Shown here in pieces: positions 18,543-28,665 of a stretch of DNA of 64,000 bases. This DNA is from Gaiellaceae bacterium (GTDB taxonomy: Bacteria; Actinomycetota; Thermoleophilia; Gaiellales; Gaiellaceae), in contig DATHAF010000028.1 in NCBI GenBank assembly GCA_035296785.1, forward strand, positions 4,236 to 68,235, in the 5' to 3' direction. Under the pieces are notes generated by a model. It ran no database searches. It was not told where the DNA came from and worked only from the letters and a program-made list of their open reading frames with translations. Each line of letters begins with the position of its first letter. The first letter of the stretch is position 1. The translations under genes were made by a program, and so were the position numbers.

Positions 18543-19286
18543 ATGGATCTCGGGCTGAACGGCCGCACGGCGATCGTCTGCGGTGCGTCCTCCGGAATCG
18601 GGCTCGCGATCGCCGAGTCCCTGGTCGGCGAAGGCGCTAGCGTCGCGATGTTCGCCCGACGGCGGGACCTACTCGAGCGGGAGGCAGAGAGGCTCGGCGC
18701 TCTCGCCGTGCGAGGCGACGTCACGAACCCCGCCGACCTCAAGCGCCTCGTCGGCCGGACGCTCGAGGCGTTCGGCGGGATCGACATCCTCGTGAACAAC
18801 AGCGGCGGGCCGCCGCGAACAGCTGCCGTTGGGCTCACCGATGACCAGGTGGAGGCGGCCGTTGAGCTGCTACTGCTCTCGGCGATTCGACTCACCGCTT
18901 TGTGCCTGCCCCAGCTGGAGCGCAGCGGCCGCGGGCGCGTGATCAACATCGAGTCGAGCTCGGTGCGGGAGCCGATCGACAACCTTGCCCTTTCGAACGC
19001 CGTGCGCCCGGGCGTGGTCGGCTGGGCCAAGACGCTCGCGCGGGAGATCGGCCCGAAGAAGATCACGGTCAACTCGATCGCGCCCGGTCGCATCGAGACC
19101 GAGCGCCTGGCTGAGGCCTACGCGGGGAAGCCGCGGGCCGAGGATCTCGAAGTCATCCCGCTCCGCCGTTTCGGCCAGCCGCGCGAAGTGGCGGAAGTCG
19201 TTTGTTTCCTCGCCTCCGACGCGGCAAGCTACGTCACCGGAACCGTGATTCCGGTCGACGGCGGGCTAACACGCTCTCTCCTCTGA
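18543..19286 (+). CDS. Short-chain dehydrogenase/reductase
   Basis: ATG 18543: MDLGLNGRTAIVCGASSGIGLAIA (TGxxxGxG). Confidence 0.8.
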   Translation: MDLGLNGRTAIVCGASSGIGLAIAESLVGEGASVAMFARRRDLLEREAERLGALAVRGDVTNPADLKRLVGRTLEAFGGIDILVNNSGGPPRTAAVGLTDDQVEAAVELLLLSAIRLTALCLPQLERSGRGRVINIESSSVREPIDNLALSNAVRPGVVGWAKTLAREIGPKKITVNSIAPGRIETERLAEAYAGKPRAEDLEVIPLRRFGQPREVAEVVCFLASDAASYVTGTVIPVDGGLTRSLL

Positions 19287-19302
19287 ACGTATCCTCGAGC
19301 TG

Positions 19303-20304
19303 ATGCGGTGGTTTTCGCCGGCGCGCCTGGCCACTGCCGGGCTCCTCTTGCTAGGCGCGGCGGCGTTCGTGCTCTGGCTCGTGCCTGCGAATGGATACGA
19401 CATGCGGCTCGTGGACCCGGCGCACCCCGTCGACCCGGTGATCCGCGTACCTGGGGAGAAGCCGGGCGGCACGCCGAACCCGATCTACTTCGTGGACGTC
19501 CGCGAGCGCCCGGCTCGGCTGCTGGAACGACTCTTCCCATGGACACGGCCCGACGGCTCCGACCTCGTCCCCGCGCCGCCGATCCCGCAGGCTCTCGAGC
19601 GGCGCCTGGGGCAGCTCGACATGACCGATTCGCAGAAGATCGCAGCCGTCGTCGCGCTCGACCATCTCGGCTACAGGGTGCACGCCCGCAGCGCAGGGGT
19701 GACCGTCCTGCTCGTCACGAACGACGCGCCCGCGGCCGATGTGCTCCGCCCCGGCGATGTGATCGTCTCCGTGAACGGGCGCAAAGTGGCCTCGGTGCTC
19801 GCATTGCGAACCGCCCTCGCAGCCAAGCGTCCAGGAGCCACGATCGAGCTCGGTTTCCGCCGAAGCGGGAAGGTGCGTGAGACGACGATCGAAACCATCG
19901 CCGATCCCGAGGACGCGAAGCGGGCGATTATCGGCGTCACCGCGAGCGACGAGCTGACGGTCAAGCTCCCGGTGCCCATCAAGTTCGATGCGGGAGGCGT
20001 CGGAGGCCCGTCAGCGGGCCTCGCCTTCGCGCTCGACATCCTGCAGGAGCTCGGCCGCAACGTCGCCCACGGGAAGACAGTCGCCGCGACCGGCGAGCTC
20101 GCTCTCAACGGCTCGGTCGGTCCGATCGGCGGGGTGAAGCAAAAAACGCTCGGCGCACGCGAAGCGGGTGTGGACGTCTTCCTCGTTCCGGCCGGGGACA
20201 ACGCTCTTGAGGCGAGACGCTATGCGAAAGACCTTCCGATCGTGGCTGTGAAGAACTTTCAACAGGCGTTGCGGGCGCTGGCAACGTTGGCGCCGAAATC
20301 TTGA
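19303..20304 (+). CDS. PDZ-domain Lon-like (S16) membrane protease, YlbL/SdrC-like
   Basis: N-terminal TM segment, PDZ (GDVIVSVNGRKV), Lon catalytic region GGPSAGLAFAL. Confidence 0.75.
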   Translation: MRWFSPARLATAGLLLLGAAAFVLWLVPANGYDMRLVDPAHPVDPVIRVPGEKPGGTPNPIYFVDVRERPARLLERLFPWTRPDGSDLVPAPPIPQALERRLGQLDMTDSQKIAAVVALDHLGYRVHARSAGVTVLLVTNDAPAADVLRPGDVIVSVNGRKVASVLALRTALAAKRPGATIELGFRRSGKVRETTIETIADPEDAKRAIIGVTASDELTVKLPVPIKFDAGGVGGPSAGLAFALDILQELGRNVAHGKTVAATGELALNGSVGPIGGVKQKTLGAREAGVDVFLVPAGDNALEARRYAKDLPIVAVKNFQQALRALATLAPKS

Positions 20305-20321
20305 AGAAGAGGCAGTTTTAA

Positions 20322-20358
20322 GCAATTTCGAAAGCGCCGGAAATTGCAATGTTTTCTC
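20322..20358 (+). terminator. Terminator-like hairpin after the protease gene
   Basis: GCAATTTC / 10-nt loop / GAAATTGC followed by AATGTTTTCTC. Confidence 0.4.
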
Positions 20359-20370
20359 CACAGACAAGTC

Positions 20371-20398
20371 TTGATTCGACGGCCGTGGCACCTATCAT
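20371..20398 (+). promoter_or_regulatory. Sigma-70-like promoter (TTGATT-16 nt-TATCAT)
   Basis: Lies in a locally AT-richer intergenic stretch about 44 nt upstream of ATG 20442. GGGAG RBS follows. Confidence 0.45.
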
Positions 20399-20441
20399 CA
20401 CGACCTTGTTCGGGCAGGCGACTTAGGGAGCAAAACGGGGC

Positions 20442-20627
20442 ATGAGCAAAATGACTAAACCAACGTGTGAGGATTGCTACTTCCGCCGAGCCGGCCTCTG
20501 CGCCCTTGTGCTGGAAGCGCCGTGCCCGACCTTCCGCGCCCAGAGCCGTGGATCGCTCGTCCCGCCACCGCAGCCGCGCTTGGTGCCGCGGCCGCTCGCG
20601 CCGCTGGCCGGCCAGTCCGCCGCCTAG
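20442..20627 (+). CDS. Small Cys-rich protein of unknown function
   Basis: MSKMTKPTCEDCYFRRAGLCALVLEAPCPTF (CxxC-x8-C-x7-CP), then a Pro-rich tail. Promoter and RBS lie upstream. Confidence 0.6.
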   Translation: MSKMTKPTCEDCYFRRAGLCALVLEAPCPTFRAQSRGSLVPPPQPRLVPRPLAPLAGQSAA

Positions 20628-20638
20628 ACTAGGCGGCG

Positions 20639-20944
20639 ATGGAGCCCGAGGAGCACAGGCCCTCGGACGAGCTCGAGCCCCAGGCCGAGCCGGATCGCGA
20701 AGGGCCTGACGAGCCGCTGCGCGAATGGCAGCCTCGTCTCTACCTGACGATCATCACAATCGGCCTGCTGCTCGCGTACGGGATCGCGTTCGTGCTCGAG
20801 AACAACAAGCACATCAACCTGCACTTCGTCGTCGCGACGGCGCGCGTCTCGTTGATCTGGTTGATCCTCCTCAGCATCGCCCTCGGGATGCTGCTCGGCG
20901 TCCTGCTCTCGCAGCTACACCGCCGCCGGCGCCGCCGCGACTAG
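20639..20944 (+). CDS. LapA-domain (DUF1049-like) membrane protein
   Basis: Acidic N-tail, two TM helices, LENNKHINLHFVVATARVSLIWLIL, poly-Arg C-terminus. Confidence 0.65.
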   Translation: MEPEEHRPSDELEPQAEPDREGPDEPLREWQPRLYLTIITIGLLLAYGIAFVLENNKHINLHFVVATARVSLIWLILLSIALGMLLGVLLSQLHRRRRRRD

Positions 20945-22060
20945 CTGGGCCAGACGCCGCACGCCCTCGTCGATCTCCTCCGGAGAGACGAAGCTGAACG
21001 CGAGCCGCGCCGAGGCCGGAGTCCCGCCGAAGTCCTCACCGGGAACGAACGTGACCCCGGCTCGTGCCGCCTGGACGAGCAGCTCGCCCGTATCGACCGT
21101 TCCGGGCAGCTCGAGCCAGAGGAAGTAGCCGCCCTCCGGTCGATTCCAGCGGGCGCGGCCGGCGAGCTCGCGTTCGAGGGCATCAAGCATGGCGTCGCGC
21201 CGAGCACGCAGTAGCAGGCGCCCCCGTTCGAGGTTCGGCTCGAAGAGCCCGCGGCGAAGAAACTCGAAGACGGTCGCCTGCGCCAGCAGCGCGGGTGTGA
21301 TGTACGTCGAGGCTGCGAGCTCCTCGAGCTTGGCCCCGAGCGCAGCCGGCACGACCGCGTACCCGACCCGGAGCCCCGGGGCAATCGTCTTCGAGAACGA
21401 CGAGCTGTACATCACGTTCTCGCCGCCCTCGAGGTCGAACAAGCTCGGCAGCGGCTCGCCCTCGAAGCGAACGAGGCCGTAGGGATCGTCTTCCAGGACG
21501 GCGACCGATTGCTCGCGTGCGAGCTCGGCCAGCCGCCGGCGTCGCTCCTCGCTCAGCGTCGAGCCGGTCGGGTTCTGAAAGGTCGGGATCGTGTACACGA
21601 AGGACGGCTTCGGCCCGCTGGCGAGCGCCCGCTCGAGCTGTTCGACATCGAGGCCGTGCTCGTCCACCCTCACCTCGTCGAACTCGGCCCCGGCCGCAAG
21701 GAGAATCTTTCTCGGGCGGTCGTAGGTGGGTCGTTCGACGATCACCCGACCACCCAGCGAGTCGAGCACGAAATGGAACGCCTGCAGCGATCCGTTGGTC
21801 ACGAGCACGCGCTCCGGTTCCACACCGTGTCGCTGCGCGATCCACTCGCGCAAGGGGTCGTAGCCGAGCGTGCTCCCGTATGAGAGCGCAACGAGCCCGT
21901 CCCGCCCGAGCGCGGCCTTGGCACAGTCGGCGAGCTCCGCCACCGGCAGGCATTCCGGCGCCGGGATGCCGCGGGCAAACGAGATCGTCTCCACTGCGAG
22001 CAGTCTAGGGACGCTCCTGACTCCACCCCGCCAGAGGGTGGGAAGGAAGTGGGCTTCCAA
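20915..22060 (-). CDS. PLP-dependent aminotransferase, class I/II
   Basis: SYGSTLGYDPLREWIA and SSSFSKTIAPGLRVGY (PLP-Lys). Start uncertain (TTG 22060 or GTG 21994). Confidence 0.8.
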   Translation of the reverse strand: MEAHFLPTLWRGGVRSVPRLLAVETISFARGIPAPECLPVAELADCAKAALGRDGLVALSYGSTLGYDPLREWIAQRHGVEPERVLVTNGSLQAFHFVLDSLGGRVIVERPTYDRPRKILLAAGAEFDEVRVDEHGLDVEQLERALASGPKPSFVYTIPTFQNPTGSTLSEERRRRLAELAREQSVAVLEDDPYGLVRFEGEPLPSLFDLEGGENVMYSSSFSKTIAPGLRVGYAVVPAALGAKLEELAASTYITPALLAQATVFEFLRRGLFEPNLERGRLLLRARRDAMLDALERELAGRARWNRPEGGYFLWLELPGTVDTGELLVQAARAGVTFVPGEDFGGTPASARLAFSFVSPEEIDEGVRRLAQLVAAAPAAV

Positions 22061-22111
22061 GCCAACGCCGACAAGCCGAGCCTCCGCCGCGTCGCCTTGG
22101 TCGGCTGAGAG

Positions 22112-22990
22112 TCAGGCGGGCGCGGCGGCCACTTCGGCCGCGAGCTCCGCCACCTCGGTCGGCGTGGTGCCGACTCGAACCCCCCGCTGCTCGAGCGCTT
22201 CCTTCTTCGCTTGCGCCGTTCCGGAGGAACCGGAGATGATCGCGCCGGCGTGACCCATCGTCTTGCCGGGCGGTGCGGTGAAGCCCGCAATGTAGGCAAC
22301 CACCGGCTTCGCCATTTCGGCCTCGATGAACGCGGCCGCCTTCTCCTCCTCGTCACCGCCGATCTCTCCGACCATCACGATCACCTCGGTCTCGTCGTCG
22401 GCCTCGAAGCGCGCGAGGACATCGATGAAGGACGAGCCCACGACCGGGTCGCCGCCGATCCCGACGATCGTCGAGTTGCCTAGCCCTCGCTGGGTCAGCT
22501 CGTGGCCGATCTGGTACGTGAGCGTGCCGGAGCGAGAGACGACGCCGATCGGCCCTTCGCCGAAGATCTCGGCCGGAATGATCCCGACGTTCGCTTTTCC
22601 GGGCGACAGAGCGCCTGGGCAGTTCGGCCCCAGCATGGTGATCCCTTTGGGCCGGATGTAGTTGTAGATCCGCAGCATGTCGTGCGCCGCGAGGCCCTCC
22701 GCGATGCAGATGATGGTGGCGATGCCCGCGTCGACGGACTCGTAGATCGCATCGGTGGCGAAGCGAGCCGGGACGAAGACCATCGCCGTGTTGGCGCCGG
22801 CCTCCCCGACTGCCTCGGCGACGGTGTCGAAGACCGGGATGCCCTGGAGGTCGGAGCCCCCCTTGCCGGGGGTGACGCCGGCGACGACGTTAGTGCCGTA
22901 ATCGCGGTTGCGGAGCGTGTGGAACGAGCCTTCGCGCCCGGTGGCGCCTTGGACGACTAGCCGCGTGTCGCTGTCGACGATGATCGCCAC
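22112..22990 (-). CDS. sucD: Succinyl-CoA synthetase alpha subunit
   Basis: GTG 22990: VAIIVDSDTRLVVQGATGREGSFHT; SRSGTLTYQ; GHAGAIISG phosphohistidine loop. Confidence 0.9.
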   Translation of the reverse strand: MAIIVDSDTRLVVQGATGREGSFHTLRNRDYGTNVVAGVTPGKGGSDLQGIPVFDTVAEAVGEAGANTAMVFVPARFATDAIYESVDAGIATIICIAEGLAAHDMLRIYNYIRPKGITMLGPNCPGALSPGKANVGIIPAEIFGEGPIGVVSRSGTLTYQIGHELTQRGLGNSTIVGIGGDPVVGSSFIDVLARFEADDETEVIVMVGEIGGDEEEKAAAFIEAEMAKPVVAYIAGFTAPPGKTMGHAGAIISGSSGTAQAKKEALEQRGVRVGTTPTEVAELAAEVAAAPA

Positions 22991-23643
22991 TAAGACTGAG
23001 ACTTCCTCGCTCGAATCACGATCTTGACGTCGGTCCAGGCGCTGCCGTCCTTGGTCATCCGGTCGGCGAGCAGCTCCTTCACGCGCTCGGCCTCCTCGCC
23101 CTCGCAGTCGGTGCGCGCTAGCCAGGCTGCCAGCGGGTGGGTCTTCTCGAAGCACTCAAACTGCTCGACCTCGAGGCCCGCCTCGGTCAGGAATTCGCGC
23201 CACTCGTCCTCGGTGTAGTTGCGAACGTGAGTCGGGTCGCGCAGCTTTTCCGCCTCCTCGTGTCGGTCGCTCGAGTAGAGCGTGTCCTCGATCACCACGA
23301 GCCGGTTGCTGACACGCTCCATCTCGGCAACCGCGGCGCGTACGTCGCCGAAATGGTGCGGCCCAATCCGCGAGACGACCACGTCGAAGCTGCCGTCGGC
23401 GAACGGCAAGTCCTCCGCCCTGGCGACGACGTCGGCCTGCATGCCCGGCGAAGGGTCGAGCGTGACCACCCGGGCACCTGCCTCGCGCAGCCTTCGCGCG
23501 ACATGGCCGCCGCCGGTGGCGACGTCGAGGGCCTTCATTCCCTCCCCGGGCTCGCACCATTCGACGAGCAGGTCGAGATCCGGCCCCTCGCGATGAGTCG
23601 GGCTCTCGCGGTAGGCCTGTGCGCGGTCCGACCAGCTACTCAT
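22990..23643 (-). CDS. Class I SAM-dependent methyltransferase (Methyltransf_11-like)
   Basis: ALDVATGGGHVARRL (motif I) and FDVVVSRIGPHHF. ATGA overlap with the sucC stop and TAGTG overlap with the sucD start. Confidence 0.8.
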   Translation of the reverse strand: MSSWSDRAQAYRESPTHREGPDLDLLVEWCEPGEGMKALDVATGGGHVARRLREAGARVVTLDPSPGMQADVVARAEDLPFADGSFDVVVSRIGPHHFGDVRAAVAEMERVSNRLVVIEDTLYSSDRHEEAEKLRDPTHVRNYTEDEWREFLTEAGLEVEQFECFEKTHPLAAWLARTDCEGEEAERVKELLADRMTKDGSAWTDVKIVIRARKSQS

Positions 23644-24781
23644 GCGGCCAGCTCCACTGCGCGCTTTGCCGCGTCGAGCATCGTCGCCTCGACGTGCAGG
23701 TTCTGGGGCGCCGCCTCGGCAAGGATGGCGCGGCCTTCCTCGGCATTCGTCCCGTCGAAGCGAACGACGATCGGGTGCTCGATCTCCGTCCGCGAGAGCG
23801 CCTGAAGGATCCCTTCGGCAACAACGTCGCAGCGCGTGATCCCGGCGAAGATGTTGAAGACGATCGAGCGCACCTGCGGATCCGCGCTGATGATCTCGAG
23901 CGCGTCCACGACGCCCTGGGCGTCTCCGCCGCCGCCGAGGTCGCAGAAGTTGGCCGGCCGGCCGCCCACGAGGGCGATCACATCGAGTGTGGACATCACC
24001 AGCCCGGCGCCGTTGCCGAGGATCCCACCTCGCCGTCGAGCTTGACGTAGGTCACGCCCTTCTCGCGCGCCGCGCGCTCCTCGGGCGGGTAGGCCTCGAG
24101 GTCGCGCATCTCGGCGATGTCGGCATGCTTGTAGAGCGCGTTGTCGTCGACGGTGAACTTCGAGTCGAGCGCCCGCACCTCGCCTTCCGGGGTGACGATC
24201 AGCGGATTGACCTCACAGAGCATCGCGTCGGTCTCGACGAAGCAGGTGTAGAGCTTTCCGATGATGTCCAGGATCTGCTTCTGCTCGCTCGGGTCGCTGA
24301 TTCCGGCGCGGTAGATCAGTCGGCGCCCCTGGTAAGGCTGGAAGCCCTCGAGCGGATCGACGTGCAGGCGTGCGAGGGCGTGCGGGTTCTTCTCGGCGAC
24401 CTCCTCGATTTCGATCCCGCCCTCGGTCGTGAGCATGAAGAGCGCCTTCTTCGTGCCGCGGTCGAACGTGACCGAGAGGTAGTACTCCTTGACGATCTCC
24501 GACGCCCGCTCGATCCAGAGCTTGCGTACGACGTGACCGTTGATGTCGAGCCCGAGGATCTGGTCGGCCTCGCGCCCGGCGTCTTCACCGCTATCCGCGA
24601 GCTTGATCCCGCCGGCCTTGCCCCGGCCGCCCGTCAGCACCTGCGCCTTCACCACCACCGGGCCACCGAGCTCCTCCGCTGCGGCACGCGCTTCGGCCGG
24701 CGTGGTCGCCAGCCGACCCTCGGAGACAGGGATGCCGAAACGGGCAAAGAGCTGCTTGCCCTGGTACTCGTAGAGATCCAC
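23640..24781 (-). pseudogene. sucC: Succinyl-CoA synthetase beta subunit, interrupted by a 1-nt frameshift (or assembly indel)
   Basis: The N-terminal 261 codons (MDLYEYQGKQLFARFGIPV..VVKAQVLTGGRGKAGG) and the C-terminal 119 codons (..STLDVIALVGGRPANFCDLGGGG..) are in different frames. Minus-strand GTGGGATCC (about 24023-24031) lacks one base relative to the expected ..DGEVG-ILGNGAGLVMSTLD.. Confidence 0.85.
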
Positions 24782-24823
24782 CGGCGGCGGATGCTAAACG
24801 AAGGCCGACCAGAGACTTGGCTC

Positions 24824-26593
<1,770 letters not shown>

Positions 26594-26612
26594 GACCGTA
26601 TTCTCCCTGCGG

Positions 26613-27158
26613 ATGAGCCTCGCCGATCAGTTGACGCTCGCCCGCGCGGCGGCGGTGCCGGTCGTGATCACCCTCTTCGTCTGGGACTTCGGAGGGCACA
26701 ACTGGTGGGCGACGGGCGTCTTCATCGGCGCGATGAGCACCGACTGGTTCGACGGACGCGTTGCTCGCTGGCGTGGGCACTCGTCCTCACTCGGTTCCCT
26801 ACTCGATCCGGTTGCCGACAAGCTGCTCGTCATGACCGTGCTGATCGTCCTCGTCGACTCCGGGGTCTTCCCGGGCTGGATGGTGGCGGCGATCGTCGCG
26901 CGAGAGTTCCTCGTCTCGGGCCTGCGTCTCGCGGCGCTGGAGCGCGGCGTCGTCATGCAGGCGCGCGACCTCGGCAAGCTGAAGACGTGGTCCCAGGCCA
27001 CTGCCGCGGCGATCGGTGGATTCGCCGCAGCCGGCGCTTGGGGGGAAAGCGTCGCGTGGTGGGCGCTGCTCGTCGCCCTTGTGCTGACATGGCTCTCGGG
27101 CCTGGACTACGCACGTGTGGCCCCAAGCCTCTTGCGCGGCCGGCCGGTCTTGCCCTAA
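26613..27158 (+). CDS. pgsA: CDP-alcohol phosphatidyltransferase (PgsA-like)
   Basis: ATG 26613: MSLADQLTLARAAAVP. Motif STDWFDGRVARWRGHSSSLGSLLDPVADK. Confidence 0.8.
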   Translation: MSLADQLTLARAAAVPVVITLFVWDFGGHNWWATGVFIGAMSTDWFDGRVARWRGHSSSLGSLLDPVADKLLVMTVLIVLVDSGVFPGWMVAAIVAREFLVSGLRLAALERGVVMQARDLGKLKTWSQATAAAIGGFAAAGAWGESVAWWALLVALVLTWLSGLDYARVAPSLLRGRPVLP

Positions 27159-27325
27159 GAAGGCTCCTCGAGCTCGCCGTCGTCTGCGTTCTCGCGGATC
27201 CCCAGCTCCCGCCACGCGCTCCGAAGGACGGGCGGGCGCGGGTCGCGGGTCAACAGCTCCTCGACGGCGCGGAGAATCGCCTCGCGCTGTGCTGTTGGCG
27301 GTTCAGGTTTGATCGCACCCTCCAC
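27155..27325 (-). CDS. Possible 56-aa acidic protein (low confidence)
   Basis: GTG 27325: VEGAIKPEPPTAQREAILRAVEELLTRDPRPPVLRSAWRELGIRENADDGELEEPS. Supported only by moderate G/C third-position bias. Confidence 0.25.
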   Translation of the reverse strand: MEGAIKPEPPTAQREAILRAVEELLTRDPRPPVLRSAWRELGIRENADDGELEEPS

Positions 27326-27375
27326 GCCCGGGCAGCCTAAAGCCCGGGCGACACGCGGACGATACGAACTGCGGG

Positions 27376-28434
27376 ATGAGCCGCTTCTTGGTCCTAGCCG
27401 TCTGCTGTGCGCTGCTGGCCGTGCCCTCCGCCCTCGCCGCGAAGATCGGCGATCCCGGAAGGTCGCGTGGGCCGAGTGGCTCCGCGCCGACCTCCTGGGC
27501 AGATGCTCACATCCGGTACGTCGTGGCCCACGGCCTGATGGCAAAGACCGTCGGGCGCTTCCGCGCCGGAGACACGCTGACGCAGGGCGAGCTCGCAACG
27601 CTCGTCTCCGGCCTCACCAAGCAGCCGGCGGCGGCCACGGCGAACCCTTCGGCCCTGGTGACGGTGGCGCAGCTCGACGCCCGGCTCGTGCGCTCGCTGC
27701 GGCTCTCCGAGGCAGCCACCGCCTTCATCGACGGCGCTCGCGCCGCCGGCCTGACCGTTCCGTCCCGCTTCGGCACCGAGAGCGTGGCGCGCCTGCTGGG
27801 CCTGCGAACCGACCATCCTCTCAAGCAAGACAACCTCGAGCTTCTTCCCAGCGACCCAGTGACTCGAGCCGAAACGGCCTATTCCGTCGCGAAGATCCTC
27901 CGTTTCAAAGGCTGGGAGCAGCAGTACGCGCTGGACGCGGCCAGCGGATTCACGCTCCCGCAGCTCGGCTCGTGGCCGAAGCGCGTGCTCAACACGGCGG
28001 TGAAATTCATCGGCTTCCCATACGTCTGGGGCGGGACGAGCGAGCTCGCGGAGGCTCCGCTCGGCGTCAGCGCTCCCGGTGGCTTCGACTGCTCCGGCTT
28101 CGTCTGGCGCGTCTACAAGCTTCAGGCCTACCCGGGAGGCGCACCGCTTGCGGCTGCGATCAAGGGCCGCACGACCTACCAGATGAGCGGCGAAGTGCCG
28201 AAGGGGAAGCGCATCACATTCGCCAAGCTCTCGCCTGGGGACTTGCTCTTCTTCGGCCCAAACGGGCCGCGCTCGTCGTCGCGCTCGATCGGTCACACCG
28301 GCATTTACCTCGGAGTCGGCTGGATGATCCACGCCTCCGGGCAGGGCGTCGCAGTGAGCCCACTCACCGGTTGGTACCGGCAGCAGTTCGCCTGGGGTCG
28401 CCGACCTCTCGCAGAGGCCGGCCTGGCGGGCTAG
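27376..28434 (+). CDS. Secreted NlpC/P60 peptidoglycan hydrolase with SLH-like N-terminal repeats
   Basis: Signal peptide MSRFLVLAVCCALLAVPSALA. Catalytic FDCSGFVWRVY ... HTGIYLG. Confidence 0.85.
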   Translation: MSRFLVLAVCCALLAVPSALAAKIGDPGRSRGPSGSAPTSWADAHIRYVVAHGLMAKTVGRFRAGDTLTQGELATLVSGLTKQPAAATANPSALVTVAQLDARLVRSLRLSEAATAFIDGARAAGLTVPSRFGTESVARLLGLRTDHPLKQDNLELLPSDPVTRAETAYSVAKILRFKGWEQQYALDAASGFTLPQLGSWPKRVLNTAVKFIGFPYVWGGTSELAEAPLGVSAPGGFDCSGFVWRVYKLQAYPGGAPLAAAIKGRTTYQMSGEVPKGKRITFAKLSPGDLLFFGPNGPRSSSRSIGHTGIYLGVGWMIHASGQGVAVSPLTGWYRQQFAWGRRPLAEAGLAG

Positions 28435-28541
28435 CCGGGGCCGGGCGGGCACTGCCCGAACCCCCCGTACGGGGGATGCCTCTCGGTTGCAGGGGTTGGA
28501 GAATCGACGGCGTCGTGACGTACATCGTGGGGAGGTAGACG

Positions 28542-28658
28542 ATGTTGCACTGGAAGCCCCGCCTTGTTGTCCTGGCCGCAGTTCTCGCGCTGATTCTCGT
28601 GGCGCTCGGCGGTCTCGGCTTCGAAGGCTCCTTGCCCGGCTACAACTTGTACTGGTAG
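28542..28658 (+). CDS. 38-aa single-TM micro-protein (unannotated in track)
   Basis: GGGGAGG (28529-28535) lies 6 nt before ATG 28542. MLHWKPRLVVLAAVLALILVALGGLGFEGSLPGYNLYW. Stop is 7 nt before the next gene. Confidence 0.5.
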   Translation: MLHWKPRLVVLAAVLALILVALGGLGFEGSLPGYNLYW

Positions 28659-28665
28659 CTCCAAC

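Noticed and set aside
27159-27375. ydaO-type c-di-AMP riboswitch upstream of the NlpC/P60 hydrolase
   Set aside because: The context is suggestive: such riboswitches precede actinobacterial cell-wall hydrolases, and disA is in the window. However, none of the conserved segments I recall (for example the ACGGGGA or CCGAACCC-type blocks) is present.
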